DNA of 24,532 bases from Candidatus Omnitrophota bacterium (GCA_030617085.1 JAUWWB010000001.1:1-24532), one strand, 5' to 3'. Positions 1-7,576 are shown, counted from the stretch's first letter. Notes: generated by a model from the letters alone, not told the origin. Numbers and translations: made by a program.

Positions 1-37
1 ATGTTCAAGGATTTGGATGCAAGCCATGGCGATCCAA

Positions 38-230
38 TTGTAATTTATAGTAATTCATAGTAATTTGTTGTAATTTGTTGTGATTTATCATACTTGTGGA
101 ATGGCTACGCCAATGAATTAGTACCAACTACTATCAATTACAATCAATTACCACAAATTATTGAAATTCCGTCACAATGAATTACTATCAATTACCATGA
201 ATTACTACAAATTACAATGAATTACCATAA
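38..230. repeat. AT-rich 10-nt periodic repeat element with inverted arms (copy 1)
   Basis: On +, TAA at 41, 51, 61, 71 and TGA at 81 (GTAATT-type units). The opposite arm has AATTA(C) units at 10-nt spacing over ~131-160 and 175-230. Lies just downstream of the thiL stop. Confidence 0.9.
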
Positions 231-246
231 GTCGCCACCTGACTCC

Positions 247-1143
247 TCACAAGTGCCTAAATCCCTCCATCCTCAACGCGCTGATGCGCCCCTCTTTGCC
301 TATCAGGGTCAGGCCGTCCTTTTTCGGCACTATCTCACCGATGACAAAGTACCGGGGCTCTTGCTTCCGCGACTTCACCTCCAGGAACAGCTTCCTCGCT
401 TCCTTTACCCCCATAGTGAACAATAGCTCAAAGCTTTCCCCGTAATAAAGGGCATCGTGAAGCGTCAGCGCCTTCGAAAGGGGGATAGCGCCCTCGTATA
501 GCCTGCATCCCACGCCGCTTTCGCGGCATACCCGGCCGATGTCCGGGGCGATCCCGTCCGAGACGTCTATCATCGAACTCACCTTGTAGCGCCCCGAAAG
601 GAACCGCGCCTCCTCCAGGCGCGGCGAAAAATCAAGATGTTCCTTTCTCCCGTTCCTGACGGGACCGGTAATCAACACAAGTTCTCCCTTTTTTGCGCCG
701 CTTCGTGTTATCAGTCTTTTCTTTTCCACAAATCCGATGACAGAAACATCGATCACCAGGGTGTCGGACCGGTTGGTATCGCCCCCCACGACCTTGATAT
801 CATATTCTTTACAGATGCCGAATATCCCGTCATAAATGCCCCGGATCGCGGCTTTTTTCGTCCCGGGAGGAACACCGATAGTCACCGTAATATATCCGGG
901 CACGCCCCCCATCGCGGCGACATCGCTGATATTGACCGCGACGGCCTTCCGCCCGACCCTCTTATACCCCGCCTGCCTGAGATAAAAATGCGTCCCCTCC
1001 ACAAGCATATCCGTGGCCCATAAAAGATAACGCTTCCCGTCATACTTGAGGACCGCGCAGTCGTCACCGATACCGGCAATAACGTCCTCCCCCGGACTCC
1101 CGGCGCGCTTTCTGATCTCGTCTATCAATTCTATCTCTCTCAT
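247..1143 (-). CDS. thiL: Thiamine-monophosphate kinase
   Basis: 298 aa. N-terminal E-x-x-L-I, GIGDDCAV, TDMLVEGTHF, NISDVAAMGG, VVGGDT, MIDVSDG and GESFELLFT match ThiL motifs. Confidence 0.95.
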   Translation of the reverse strand: MREIELIDEIRKRAGSPGEDVIAGIGDDCAVLKYDGKRYLLWATDMLVEGTHFYLRQAGYKRVGRKAVAVNISDVAAMGGVPGYITVTIGVPPGTKKAAIRGIYDGIFGICKEYDIKVVGGDTNRSDTLVIDVSVIGFVEKKRLITRSGAKKGELVLITGPVRNGRKEHLDFSPRLEEARFLSGRYKVSSMIDVSDGIAPDIGRVCRESGVGCRLYEGAIPLSKALTLHDALYYGESFELLFTMGVKEARKLFLEVKSRKQEPRYFVIGEIVPKKDGLTLIGKEGRISALRMEGFRHL

Positions 1144-1155
1144 GTACCGCCCCCA

Positions 1156-1231
1156 TTGTCATCCTGAGCGAAGCGAAGGATCTCTGGCGAGTCGACGTGG
1201 GAGAGATCCTTCGCTTCGCTCAGGATGACAA
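1156..1231. repeat. TGTC(CGTC-class)-tagged REP-like dimer with a 30-bp perfect inverted repeat (copy A)
   Basis: TTGTCATCCTGAGCGAAGCGAAGGATCTCT (1156-1185) and its exact reverse complement (1202-1231), with a 16-nt spacer. Each arm carries an internal ATCCT..AGGAT palindrome. Confidence 0.9.
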
Positions 1232-1294
1232 ACCGCGACAACTCACGGCCTGCACCAAGGGTTCGCTCCCTCGTTCAGAACAAGACACATGATC

Positions 1295-1329
1295 CCATCA
1301 ACCATCAACCATCCACTATCCACCCACCA
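1295..1329. repeat. 7-nt tandem repeat overlapping the mtnA stop codon
   Basis: CCATCAA CCATCAA CCATCCA CTATCCA CCCACCA. The CTA at 1316-1318 is the mtnA TAG. Confidence 0.8.
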
Positions 1330-2350
1330 ACTTCGCAATCTTCCGCCTATCCGGCCTCCTGATAACCCCGCGTTCGGTGATGATCGCCGTGATCAGCTTC
1401 GCCGGGGTGATATCGAATGCCGGGTTTCTGACATCGACATCTTTCAGGGTCACGTATTCTCCGCCCATTTTCTTGACTTCCAGGGGGGAGCGTTCCTCGA
1501 TAGGGATCGCGCCCCCGTCGGCCACGGACAGGTCAAAAGTGGAACGGGGGGCGGCGACATAGAACGGAACTTTGTGATAATGGGCCAACACCGCCAGGTT
1601 ATACGTCCCTATCTTGTTCGCGACGTCTCCGTTAGCCGCGATCCGGTCGGCGCCGACCATGACCGCGTCGACCTCGTTCTTTGCCATCAGCGAAGCCGCC
1701 ATGTTGTCGCATATCAGCGTAGCGGGGATATTCGCTTTCGACAGCTCCCATACCGTGAGCCGGGCGCCCTGCATGACCGGGCGCGTTTCATCGACGTAGA
1801 CCCGGCGAACCTTCTTCCCGGCAGCAAAGATCACCCCTAGAGCCGTGCCATACCCGCCGGTTGCCAGGCCGCCGGCGTTGCAGTGCGTTAGAATATTTGA
1901 GCCTTTCGCGATCAGCGCCTTTCCTTCCCGGCCTATCGCGCGGCATCGTCTCCTGTCTTCATCAAGTATGGCATGGGCTTCGTAGAGAACCATGCTCTTT
2001 AGTTCTCCCACCGGCATCCCTTTGTTCTTTTTCACGAGCTCATCGACTCTCTCCAGCGCCCAAAAAAGATCCCTGGCCGTAGGGCGCGAAGCGGCCAGGC
2101 GCTTCATGGTCCTTTCCAGCTCCTTTTTAAAGCTTCTGAAGCCCCTTGCCCTGCTCTTACGCACACCAAGATAAACCCCGTAAGCCGCCGCTATCCCGAT
2201 CGCCGGAGCCCCCCTGACCGCCATCGCTTTTATGGCGCGCACAACATCCCCATCCGTAAAACACGCCGCATACCGCGTCTTCCCCGGAAGAAGCCTCTGG
2301 TCGATCACCTCAAGCCTGTCGTTTTTCCAACGTATCGTTTCGTATTTCAT
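1316..2350 (-). CDS. mtnA: S-methyl-5-thioribose-1-phosphate isomerase (eIF-2B family)
   Basis: 344 aa. Motifs MAVRGAPAIG, SRPTA, THCNAGGLAT, DETRP, GADRIAANGDVANKIGT and NPAFDITP. Confidence 0.93.
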   Translation of the reverse strand: MKYETIRWKNDRLEVIDQRLLPGKTRYAACFTDGDVVRAIKAMAVRGAPAIGIAAAYGVYLGVRKSRARGFRSFKKELERTMKRLAASRPTARDLFWALERVDELVKKNKGMPVGELKSMVLYEAHAILDEDRRRCRAIGREGKALIAKGSNILTHCNAGGLATGGYGTALGVIFAAGKKVRRVYVDETRPVMQGARLTVWELSKANIPATLICDNMAASLMAKNEVDAVMVGADRIAANGDVANKIGTYNLAVLAHYHKVPFYVAAPRSTFDLSVADGGAIPIEERSPLEVKKMGGEYVTLKDVDVRNPAFDITPAKLITAIITERGVIRRPDRRKIAKLVGG

Positions 2351-2351
2351 T

Positions 2352-2365
2352 TTATCAGTTATCAG
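2352..2365. repeat. TTATCAG x2 heptad abutting the mtnA start codon
   Basis: The minus strand reads CTGATAA CTGATAA A ATG. Confidence 0.6.
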
Positions 2366-2372
2366 GGCAAAA

Positions 2373-2398
2373 GGGCAGGCACAGGGGCCTGCCCCTAC
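2373..2398 (-). repeat. GTAG-tagged REP palindrome (copy 1)
   Basis: Minus strand GTAG-GGGCAGGC-CCCTGT-GCCTGCCC: 8-bp stem, 6-nt loop and 5' GTAG tag, the architecture of RAYT-associated REPs. Confidence 0.85.
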
Positions 2399-2408
2399 AT
2401 GCAGTTAG

Positions 2409-2422
2409 GCCACTACGAACTA
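2409..2422. repeat. TAGTTCG-type heptad supplying the stop codon of the CPBP gene
   Basis: The minus strand reads TAGTTCG TAGTGGC. The first TAG (2420-2422) is the stop. Confidence 0.8.
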
Positions 2423-3490
2423 CCCTCCCCCGACGCTCCTCCCCGCGAATACCAGCGCTACCATTGCCAGGTTGTGCATGATGTGCACCGATATTGAGGG
2501 GATAAGCGAACCCGTTTTTTCATAGAGGTATGCCAGCAGCATGCCGAGCGCCAGTATGGGGAAAAATCCCACGGGATGCGCGTGCAGAAAAGAAAACACC
2601 GCGGAAGTCCCCACCATGGCCCAGAACATCCCCAGCCTTTTCCTGACGGCAGTGTACATGAAACCCCGGAAAAAGATCTCTTCAGCGATCGGGCCGAAAA
2701 CAGCCGCGAAGAGCGCCGAGAACCACAGGAGCGACACCTCCTTTTCCTCAATAAAGACGCGCACGATGGGCTGGATGGGAGGCCGGTATTCCAACAGTCT
2801 CGTCACGAAAAAGGTCAGCATCATTATCCCCGCGATAACGGGAACCAGCGCTACATACCCGACCGCGGCGTAAAAGACCCCGCTCCGCAAACCTCTGGGA
2901 GTAAGGCCTATGGCGTCCACGCCCTGCCCGTGCTTCCTGATGACAAAGTACAGGATAACACTGATGCCCACCACGTTCATAACGGCCGTATTGAACACCA
3001 TGCGAAAATTCTCGTTATGGAGAACGGGAAAAAGCCTTGACGCGATGGCCTGGATGATCATGAACGCGTACCCGCAGGAAAGAAATATCAACACCACCCT
3101 GGCGACGTCGGCCATGCCCCAGCGTGGCCTATCCTGCCGCACGAGCCGTATGCTGATCGGTTTCCGGCGCGCCCAGCGGGCTATGAAATACACATCCAGG
3201 AACAAGCCGACCAGTATCACAAACAATACCAGCAGGTTGAGTATCCCCAGGAACAGGTATAACACCGGATTTTGCGCGGCAAGCCGCTCGAGCTTCTCTT
3301 CCCACTCCCTTACGCCCAGCTGTTCGACCGGCGCCTTCTCCGCGGGCCGTTCCCGTAGGACCGCTGCCTCTTTCTCAAGCGGCCTTTCCCCCACCCGGCC
3401 CGCCAGAACCAGAAGGTTCACCCCCACAACGAAGGCAAGCAAAAAAACATACAACCTGTTCCGCCGCATGATATCGAAGAGCTCCCCCAT
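2420..3490 (-). CDS. CPBP-family (CAAX/Abi-like) intramembrane metalloprotease
   Basis: Multiple hydrophobic helices. Motifs AEEIFFRG (EExxxR), FSFLH (FxxxH) and HIMHN (HxxxN). Start set at ATG 3490, which has GGAGG upstream, rather than GTG 3508 inside the repeat. Confidence 0.88.
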   Translation of the reverse strand: MGELFDIMRRNRLYVFLLAFVVGVNLLVLAGRVGERPLEKEAAVLRERPAEKAPVEQLGVREWEEKLERLAAQNPVLYLFLGILNLLVLFVILVGLFLDVYFIARWARRKPISIRLVRQDRPRWGMADVARVVLIFLSCGYAFMIIQAIASRLFPVLHNENFRMVFNTAVMNVVGISVILYFVIRKHGQGVDAIGLTPRGLRSGVFYAAVGYVALVPVIAGIMMLTFFVTRLLEYRPPIQPIVRVFIEEKEVSLLWFSALFAAVFGPIAEEIFFRGFMYTAVRKRLGMFWAMVGTSAVFSFLHAHPVGFFPILALGMLLAYLYEKTGSLIPSISVHIMHNLAMVALVFAGRSVGGG

Positions 3491-3505
3491 AAGCGCGCCT
3501 CCGCT

Positions 3506-3582
3506 CACTACGAACTATGGCAAAAGGGCAGGCACAGGGGCCTGCCCCCTACATGCAATTAGGCCACTACGAACTAAAACTA
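3506..3582. repeat. Composite heptad / GTAG-REP (copy 2) / heptad cassette
   Basis: CACTACGAACTA at 3506-3517 and again at 3565-3576 brackets the REP GGGCAGGCACAGGGGCCTGCCCCCTAC (3526-3552, one extra C). The CTA at 3580-3582 is the TatD-rSAM stop. Confidence 0.85.
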
Positions 3583-4956
3583 CCCGACAATATCCATCCG
3601 CCTCAAGCGGAAGCCCACGCCCAGCTCTTCCGCTATGCGGCGGCATCCGGCAACGCCTTCTTCTCCCAGCATATCCAGGCAGGTCACTTCGACTTCTATC
3701 CCCCGGGCTTTGCATCCGGCGATAAAATCCAGGATAGCTTTGTAAGCGCGCTCTCCGAAAACCGGCCTCGAGATCCGGGCGTATCCCGCCTCGTCCGGCG
3801 CGTTCAAACTGACCGAGACCCTGTCAATGATCCCTTTGAACTCCGCGGTGATGTCCCTGCCGCTAATAAGGCTGCCTTCGCCGTTAGTCACCAGACGCAC
3901 CCTGCCGCCTTTTTCCTTTACGAAAGAAGCTACCCTTTTTATGACCTCCAGCCGGAGCGTGGGTTCGCCGTAACCGCAGAACACCACCTCGGCGTAGCCG
4001 GATATCTCACCCATGGCTTCCATCACTTCCTCCGTAGTCGGCTCGGCGTCCAGCTTGAGAGCATGCCCTTTCACGTAATTGGAATACTGGCGCGTGCAGA
4101 ACGTGCACCTGTTTGTGCACCTGTTGGTGATATTGAGATACAGAGAGTCCCTTATGGGATACGCCACCGCGGGCTTCTCTTCTATCCCGAGGCGAAAAAG
4201 CTGATTCGCGTTATGCGTGGTGATCCTCGCGATATCCTCCGCGGTCAGACCGTATATGCCGGCATGGACGTCCAGGAGCCGGCCGATATACGCCGGTTCG
4301 TTCCTTTTTCCCCTGAAAGGCACGGGCGCGATAAACGGCGAATCCGTTTCCAGAAGCAGCCGCTCGGGGGGAACGTGTTTTATCAGGTCCCGCAGGCGGG
4401 CGGCTTTTTCGAACGTTATGTTCCCCGCGAATGAAACATGCATGCCGAGCGACAAAAGTTCCCCCACGAGGGCCGCGTCCGCCGAAAAGCAATGGACGAC
4501 CCCCCTTGAGGCGGGCGGCATCAATTCCTTGAGGATGCTCAAAAAATCTTCGCCCGCGTCACGGTTGTGGAGTATTACAGGCAGGTCAAACTCATCAGCG
4601 ACGCGCAGACAATCCCGGAAAAGCCTTTTCTGGTTTTCCGGCTTTGAGTATCCCCTGTAATAATCCAGGCCTATTTCCCCTATGGCTACGACTTTGTCAC
4701 TCTTGAGGGCGATGTCCCTCAGGCGCGATATCCCTGCCTTATCAACCCTGTCCGCTTCATGGGGATGTATGCCCACGGCGGCGAATACCGGACGGTGCTG
4801 CTTAGCCAGGGCCACAGCCCTCTCGCTGCCCGCTATATCCGTACCGGGCACGACGAAACGCACCACCCCGGCAGAAGCAGCCCTCTCCAGGACTTCGCCC
4901 AGGTCGTCCTTGTAATCAGGAAAATCCAAATGGCAGTGAGTGTCTACAAGTCGCAT
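3580..4956 (-). CDS. tatD: TatD-family hydrolase fused to a C-terminal TatD-associated radical SAM domain
   Basis: N-terminal DTHCHLD, AAVGIHPH, AIGEIGLDY, LHNR, HCFS and LETDSPF (TatD). C-terminal LYLNITNRCTNRCTFC (CxxxCxxC) and VVFCGYGEPT (radical SAM). Confidence 0.92.
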   Translation of the reverse strand: MRLVDTHCHLDFPDYKDDLGEVLERAASAGVVRFVVPGTDIAGSERAVALAKQHRPVFAAVGIHPHEADRVDKAGISRLRDIALKSDKVVAIGEIGLDYYRGYSKPENQKRLFRDCLRVADEFDLPVILHNRDAGEDFLSILKELMPPASRGVVHCFSADAALVGELLSLGMHVSFAGNITFEKAARLRDLIKHVPPERLLLETDSPFIAPVPFRGKRNEPAYIGRLLDVHAGIYGLTAEDIARITTHNANQLFRLGIEEKPAVAYPIRDSLYLNITNRCTNRCTFCTRQYSNYVKGHALKLDAEPTTEEVMEAMGEISGYAEVVFCGYGEPTLRLEVIKRVASFVKEKGGRVRLVTNGEGSLISGRDITAEFKGIIDRVSVSLNAPDEAGYARISRPVFGERAYKAILDFIAGCKARGIEVEVTCLDMLGEEGVAGCRRIAEELGVGFRLRRMDIVG

Positions 4957-4970
4957 CGTTAGCTTCCGGG

Positions 4971-5058
4971 TTAGGTTATAGGTTTTAGCAGCTTAATCCC
5001 TAAAACTTGGAATCTAACACCTAAAACCTAGAACCTATAACCTATACCCTGAACTCCG
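4971..5058. repeat. 7-nt periodic repeat element with inverted arms (TAGGTTN / NAACCTA)
   Basis: On +, TAG at 4972, 4979, 4986 and CTA at 5000, 5014, 5021, 5028, 5035, 5042, all on a 7-nt register. The arms are separated by only ~11 nt. Confidence 0.88.
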
Positions 5059-6633
5059 CTATTTGATCCGCGGAAACAGCGGCTCTCCCTTGGCGGTCTT
5101 CGTTCCCGGGGGGAACCTTCTCCAGTCCCGGGGACCCTTCGTGCCGCTTATCTCTTTTCTGACGGCTTCCGTATCCATGTCCTCTTTTAATCCAAGCTGC
5201 TCCCACATCTTTCTCGCTGTCGAGGGCATGAAGGGCAGGAGCGCGATCGCGGCCGCTCTCAGCACCTCCAGCAGGTCCGCGATGATCAGTTTTATCGCCT
5301 CCATGTTCCCCGCTTTTGAGTATTCCCATGGCGCCGACGCCTCGATATACTTATTCGCTTTCCCGACCACCTGCATTATCGCTTCAAGCGCTTCCTTCAA
5401 TAAAAGTTTCGGGCTCAGCAGACGGTCGCTTATTGCCGGGAAAAGGCCGCGGACGGCATCTCTGATGACGTCAGAGCGCCGGTCCTGCTCTTCGTCTCCG
5501 GCGGCCCGTGGAGGCGCGGGCGAGGTGCCGGCGAAATATTTTTCCACCATCGTAAGCGTCCTGTTCAGAAGGTTCCCCAGGTCATTGGCAAGGTCGCTGT
5601 TATAAACGGTGACCAGCACGTCTTCGCTGAAAGAGCCGTCCTGCCCGAAAGCCACTGTTTTTAACAGGAAATATCGAAGAGGGTCGACCCCGTATTTGCC
5701 GGTCATCTCTACGGGGTCGACGATGTTCCCCCTGGATTTGGACATCTTCTCTTTGCCAATCTTCCACCAGCCATGGGCAAAGATGGTCTTCGGCATGGGC
5801 ATGCCCACGCTCTTGAGCATGATGGGCCAGTACACCGCGTGGTGCCTGAGTATGTCTTTCGCGATCACGTGTATGTCGGCGGGCCAGAACTCTTCGAATT
5901 TCTTCCGCGCCTTAAGCCCTGAAGCGTAGTTGATCAAGGCGTCAAACCAGACATAGACGATATAATCCCTGTCGAACGGCAATTCGACCCCCCACGACAT
6001 CCTTTCCCTGGGCCGCGAAATACACAGGTCGTTCAGCTCTTCCCGCAGGAAACCCAGAACTTCGTTCTTCCTGTATTCCGGCATTACGAACTCAGGGTTG
6101 GCGTTAATATGGTCGATGAGCCACTGCTGGTATTTGCTCATGCGGAAAAAATAATTTTTCTCCCTGATCCGCTCCACCGGCCGGTTGCAGTCGGGACAGA
6201 CGCCGTTTTCGGCCTGCGCGTCGGTCCAGAAAGTCTCGCATGGCGTGCAATACCACCCGTCATATTCACCACGGTAGATATCGCCTTTGTCCTTCATCTT
6301 CTCCAGGAACTCCTGGACGACTTTCTTGTGGGACTGGTCGGTCGTGCGGATGAACCCGTCGTACCGTATGCCCAGAGCGCCCCAGACGTTCTTGAAGTTG
6401 GCGACTATGGCATCGACGAATTCCTTCTCTTTCCCTTTTTCAAAACCCGCTTTCAGGCACGCCTTCTCGATCTTTTCGCCGTGTTCGTCCGTACCCGTGA
6501 GGAAGAACACCGCCTCGCCCAGCATCTTGTGATACCTGGCGAGCGCGTCGACGGCGATCTGCGTGTAAGCGTGCCCGAGGTGGGGATTGGCGTTTACGTA
6601 ATAGATGGGCGTTGTGATATAAAACTTTCGCAT
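5059..6633 (-). CDS. metG: Methionine--tRNA ligase (short form, no C-terminal tRNA-binding appendix)
   Basis: MRKFYITTPIYYVNANPHLGHAY (HIGH), TGTDEHG, Zn knuckle CTPC..CPDC, YVWFDAL and KMSKS. Start moved to ATG 6633 (AAGGAGG upstream), giving 524 aa. Confidence 0.97.
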   Translation of the reverse strand: MRKFYITTPIYYVNANPHLGHAYTQIAVDALARYHKMLGEAVFFLTGTDEHGEKIEKACLKAGFEKGKEKEFVDAIVANFKNVWGALGIRYDGFIRTTDQSHKKVVQEFLEKMKDKGDIYRGEYDGWYCTPCETFWTDAQAENGVCPDCNRPVERIREKNYFFRMSKYQQWLIDHINANPEFVMPEYRKNEVLGFLREELNDLCISRPRERMSWGVELPFDRDYIVYVWFDALINYASGLKARKKFEEFWPADIHVIAKDILRHHAVYWPIMLKSVGMPMPKTIFAHGWWKIGKEKMSKSRGNIVDPVEMTGKYGVDPLRYFLLKTVAFGQDGSFSEDVLVTVYNSDLANDLGNLLNRTLTMVEKYFAGTSPAPPRAAGDEEQDRRSDVIRDAVRGLFPAISDRLLSPKLLLKEALEAIMQVVGKANKYIEASAPWEYSKAGNMEAIKLIIADLLEVLRAAAIALLPFMPSTARKMWEQLGLKEDMDTEAVRKEISGTKGPRDWRRFPPGTKTAKGEPLFPRIK

Positions 6634-7439
6634 GCGCAGTTCTTTTCCTCCTTCGTCTCTAAGGTTACTTCTTTGATCTTCCCCCCACCGAGATCGACGG
6701 TCACGGCCCTCCTCAAGGAATTTACAGCGATAACCTTTCCATTGCCGTGTTCGGTCTTGATCTGGCTGCCCTCCCTCGGCAGATGCCTCGAACACTCGCT
6801 GTAGTTCCTGTACTCGTAGCCGAGGCAGCACATGAGCCTGCCGCAAAGGCCCGATATCTTCGAGGGATTAAGCGGAAGGTTCTGGACCTTGGCCATCTTT
6901 ATCGTGACGGGGTCAAAGTCTTTCAGAAAAGACATGCAGCAAAGCTTCCTCCCGCAAGAGCCGTGCCCCCCGAGCATTTTCGCTTCGTCCCTCACCCCTA
7001 TCTGCCGCAACTCGATACGGACGCGGAAGATACTTGCCAGGTCCCTTACCAGGCCGCGAAAGTCCACGCGGTTTTCGGAGGTAAAGTAAAAAATGATCTT
7101 CGACCTGTCAAACGAGTATTCCGCGGCCACAAGTTTCATCGGCAGCCTGTGTTCCCGGATCTTCTGCCTGCAGACGCTCATGAGGTCCTTCGTCTTTGCC
7201 CTGTTCCTGGCGATCTGCTCATTATCCCAGGGATTAGCCTTCCTGATGATCTTGCGCAAAGTCTTCCCCGTGGAGCCGGTGTCGGGGGCCTTTTCGCCGG
7301 AGACGACTATCTCGCCGTAATCAAGACCCCTGTCCCCTTCCACTATTACCATATCCCCCACATCAAGTTTCATGCCGTTGGCAAGGAAATGCCTTATCTC
7401 CCCCGCCGCCCGCAGCTGTATCTGGACTGTATCATGCAT
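6594..7439 (-). CDS. ricT: PSP1-domain protein (RicT/YaaT family)
   Basis: FYFTSENRVDFR, RIELRQIGVRDEAK, CGRKLCC, LPLNPSKISGLCGRLMCCL. Start at ATG 7439 with GGAGG SD. Conserved position between holB and metG. Confidence 0.9.
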   Translation of the reverse strand: MHDTVQIQLRAAGEIRHFLANGMKLDVGDMVIVEGDRGLDYGEIVVSGEKAPDTGSTGKTLRKIIRKANPWDNEQIARNRAKTKDLMSVCRQKIREHRLPMKLVAAEYSFDRSKIIFYFTSENRVDFRGLVRDLASIFRVRIELRQIGVRDEAKMLGGHGSCGRKLCCMSFLKDFDPVTIKMAKVQNLPLNPSKISGLCGRLMCCLGYEYRNYSECSRHLPREGSQIKTEHGNGKVIAVNSLRRAVTVDLGGGKIKEVTLETKEEKNCACESFISQRPSIT

Positions 7440-7475
7440 TGCTGTTCCTCCATATGCTGTGCCAGTTACCATAAT

Positions 7476-7576
7476 AAATCAAATATCAAAATGCAAAATC
7501 ATAGAGCCTCTTTTCGAATTCCTTTTTGAATTTTGATATGTCATTTTGCATTTTAATTTTTGATTTTTAATTTTTA
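7476..7576. repeat. AT-rich heptad element with 24-bp inverted arms (AAAAT-C/T/G-AA type)
   Basis: Arms 7476-7499 and 7543-7566 are reverse complements at 22 of 24 positions. On the minus strand the tract starts at the holB TAA: TAAAAAT TAAAAAT CAAAAAT TAAAAT GCAAAAT. Confidence 0.88.
7486..7551 (-). pseudogene. Putative truncated four-helix-bundle protein gene remnant (MQNDISKFKKEFEKRLYDFAF*)
   Basis: 21-codon ORF read directly from the minus strand inside the heptad element. The resemblance to four-helix-bundle (TIGR02436/PF05635-like) N-termini is from memory and was not searched. Confidence 0.55.

Noticed and set aside
38-230. Decamer and heptad arrays as a CRISPR or guide-RNA array
   Set aside because: Units are 7-10 nt and contiguous, with no regularly sized unique spacers. 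No cas or other effector gene is present in the window.
1144-1315. Structured region upstream of thiL as a TPP riboswitch
   Set aside because: No complete TPP aptamer is recognisable. The stem is a perfect repeat that also occurs upstream of mcsA.
6634-6846. N-terminal extensions in the ORF track for metG, and also holB, ispF, mcsA, ricT, mlaD, yacL, lolD and the CPBP gene
   Set aside because: The extensions overlap upstream genes or repeats. Downstream ATGs match the family N-termini and mostly have SD sequences.
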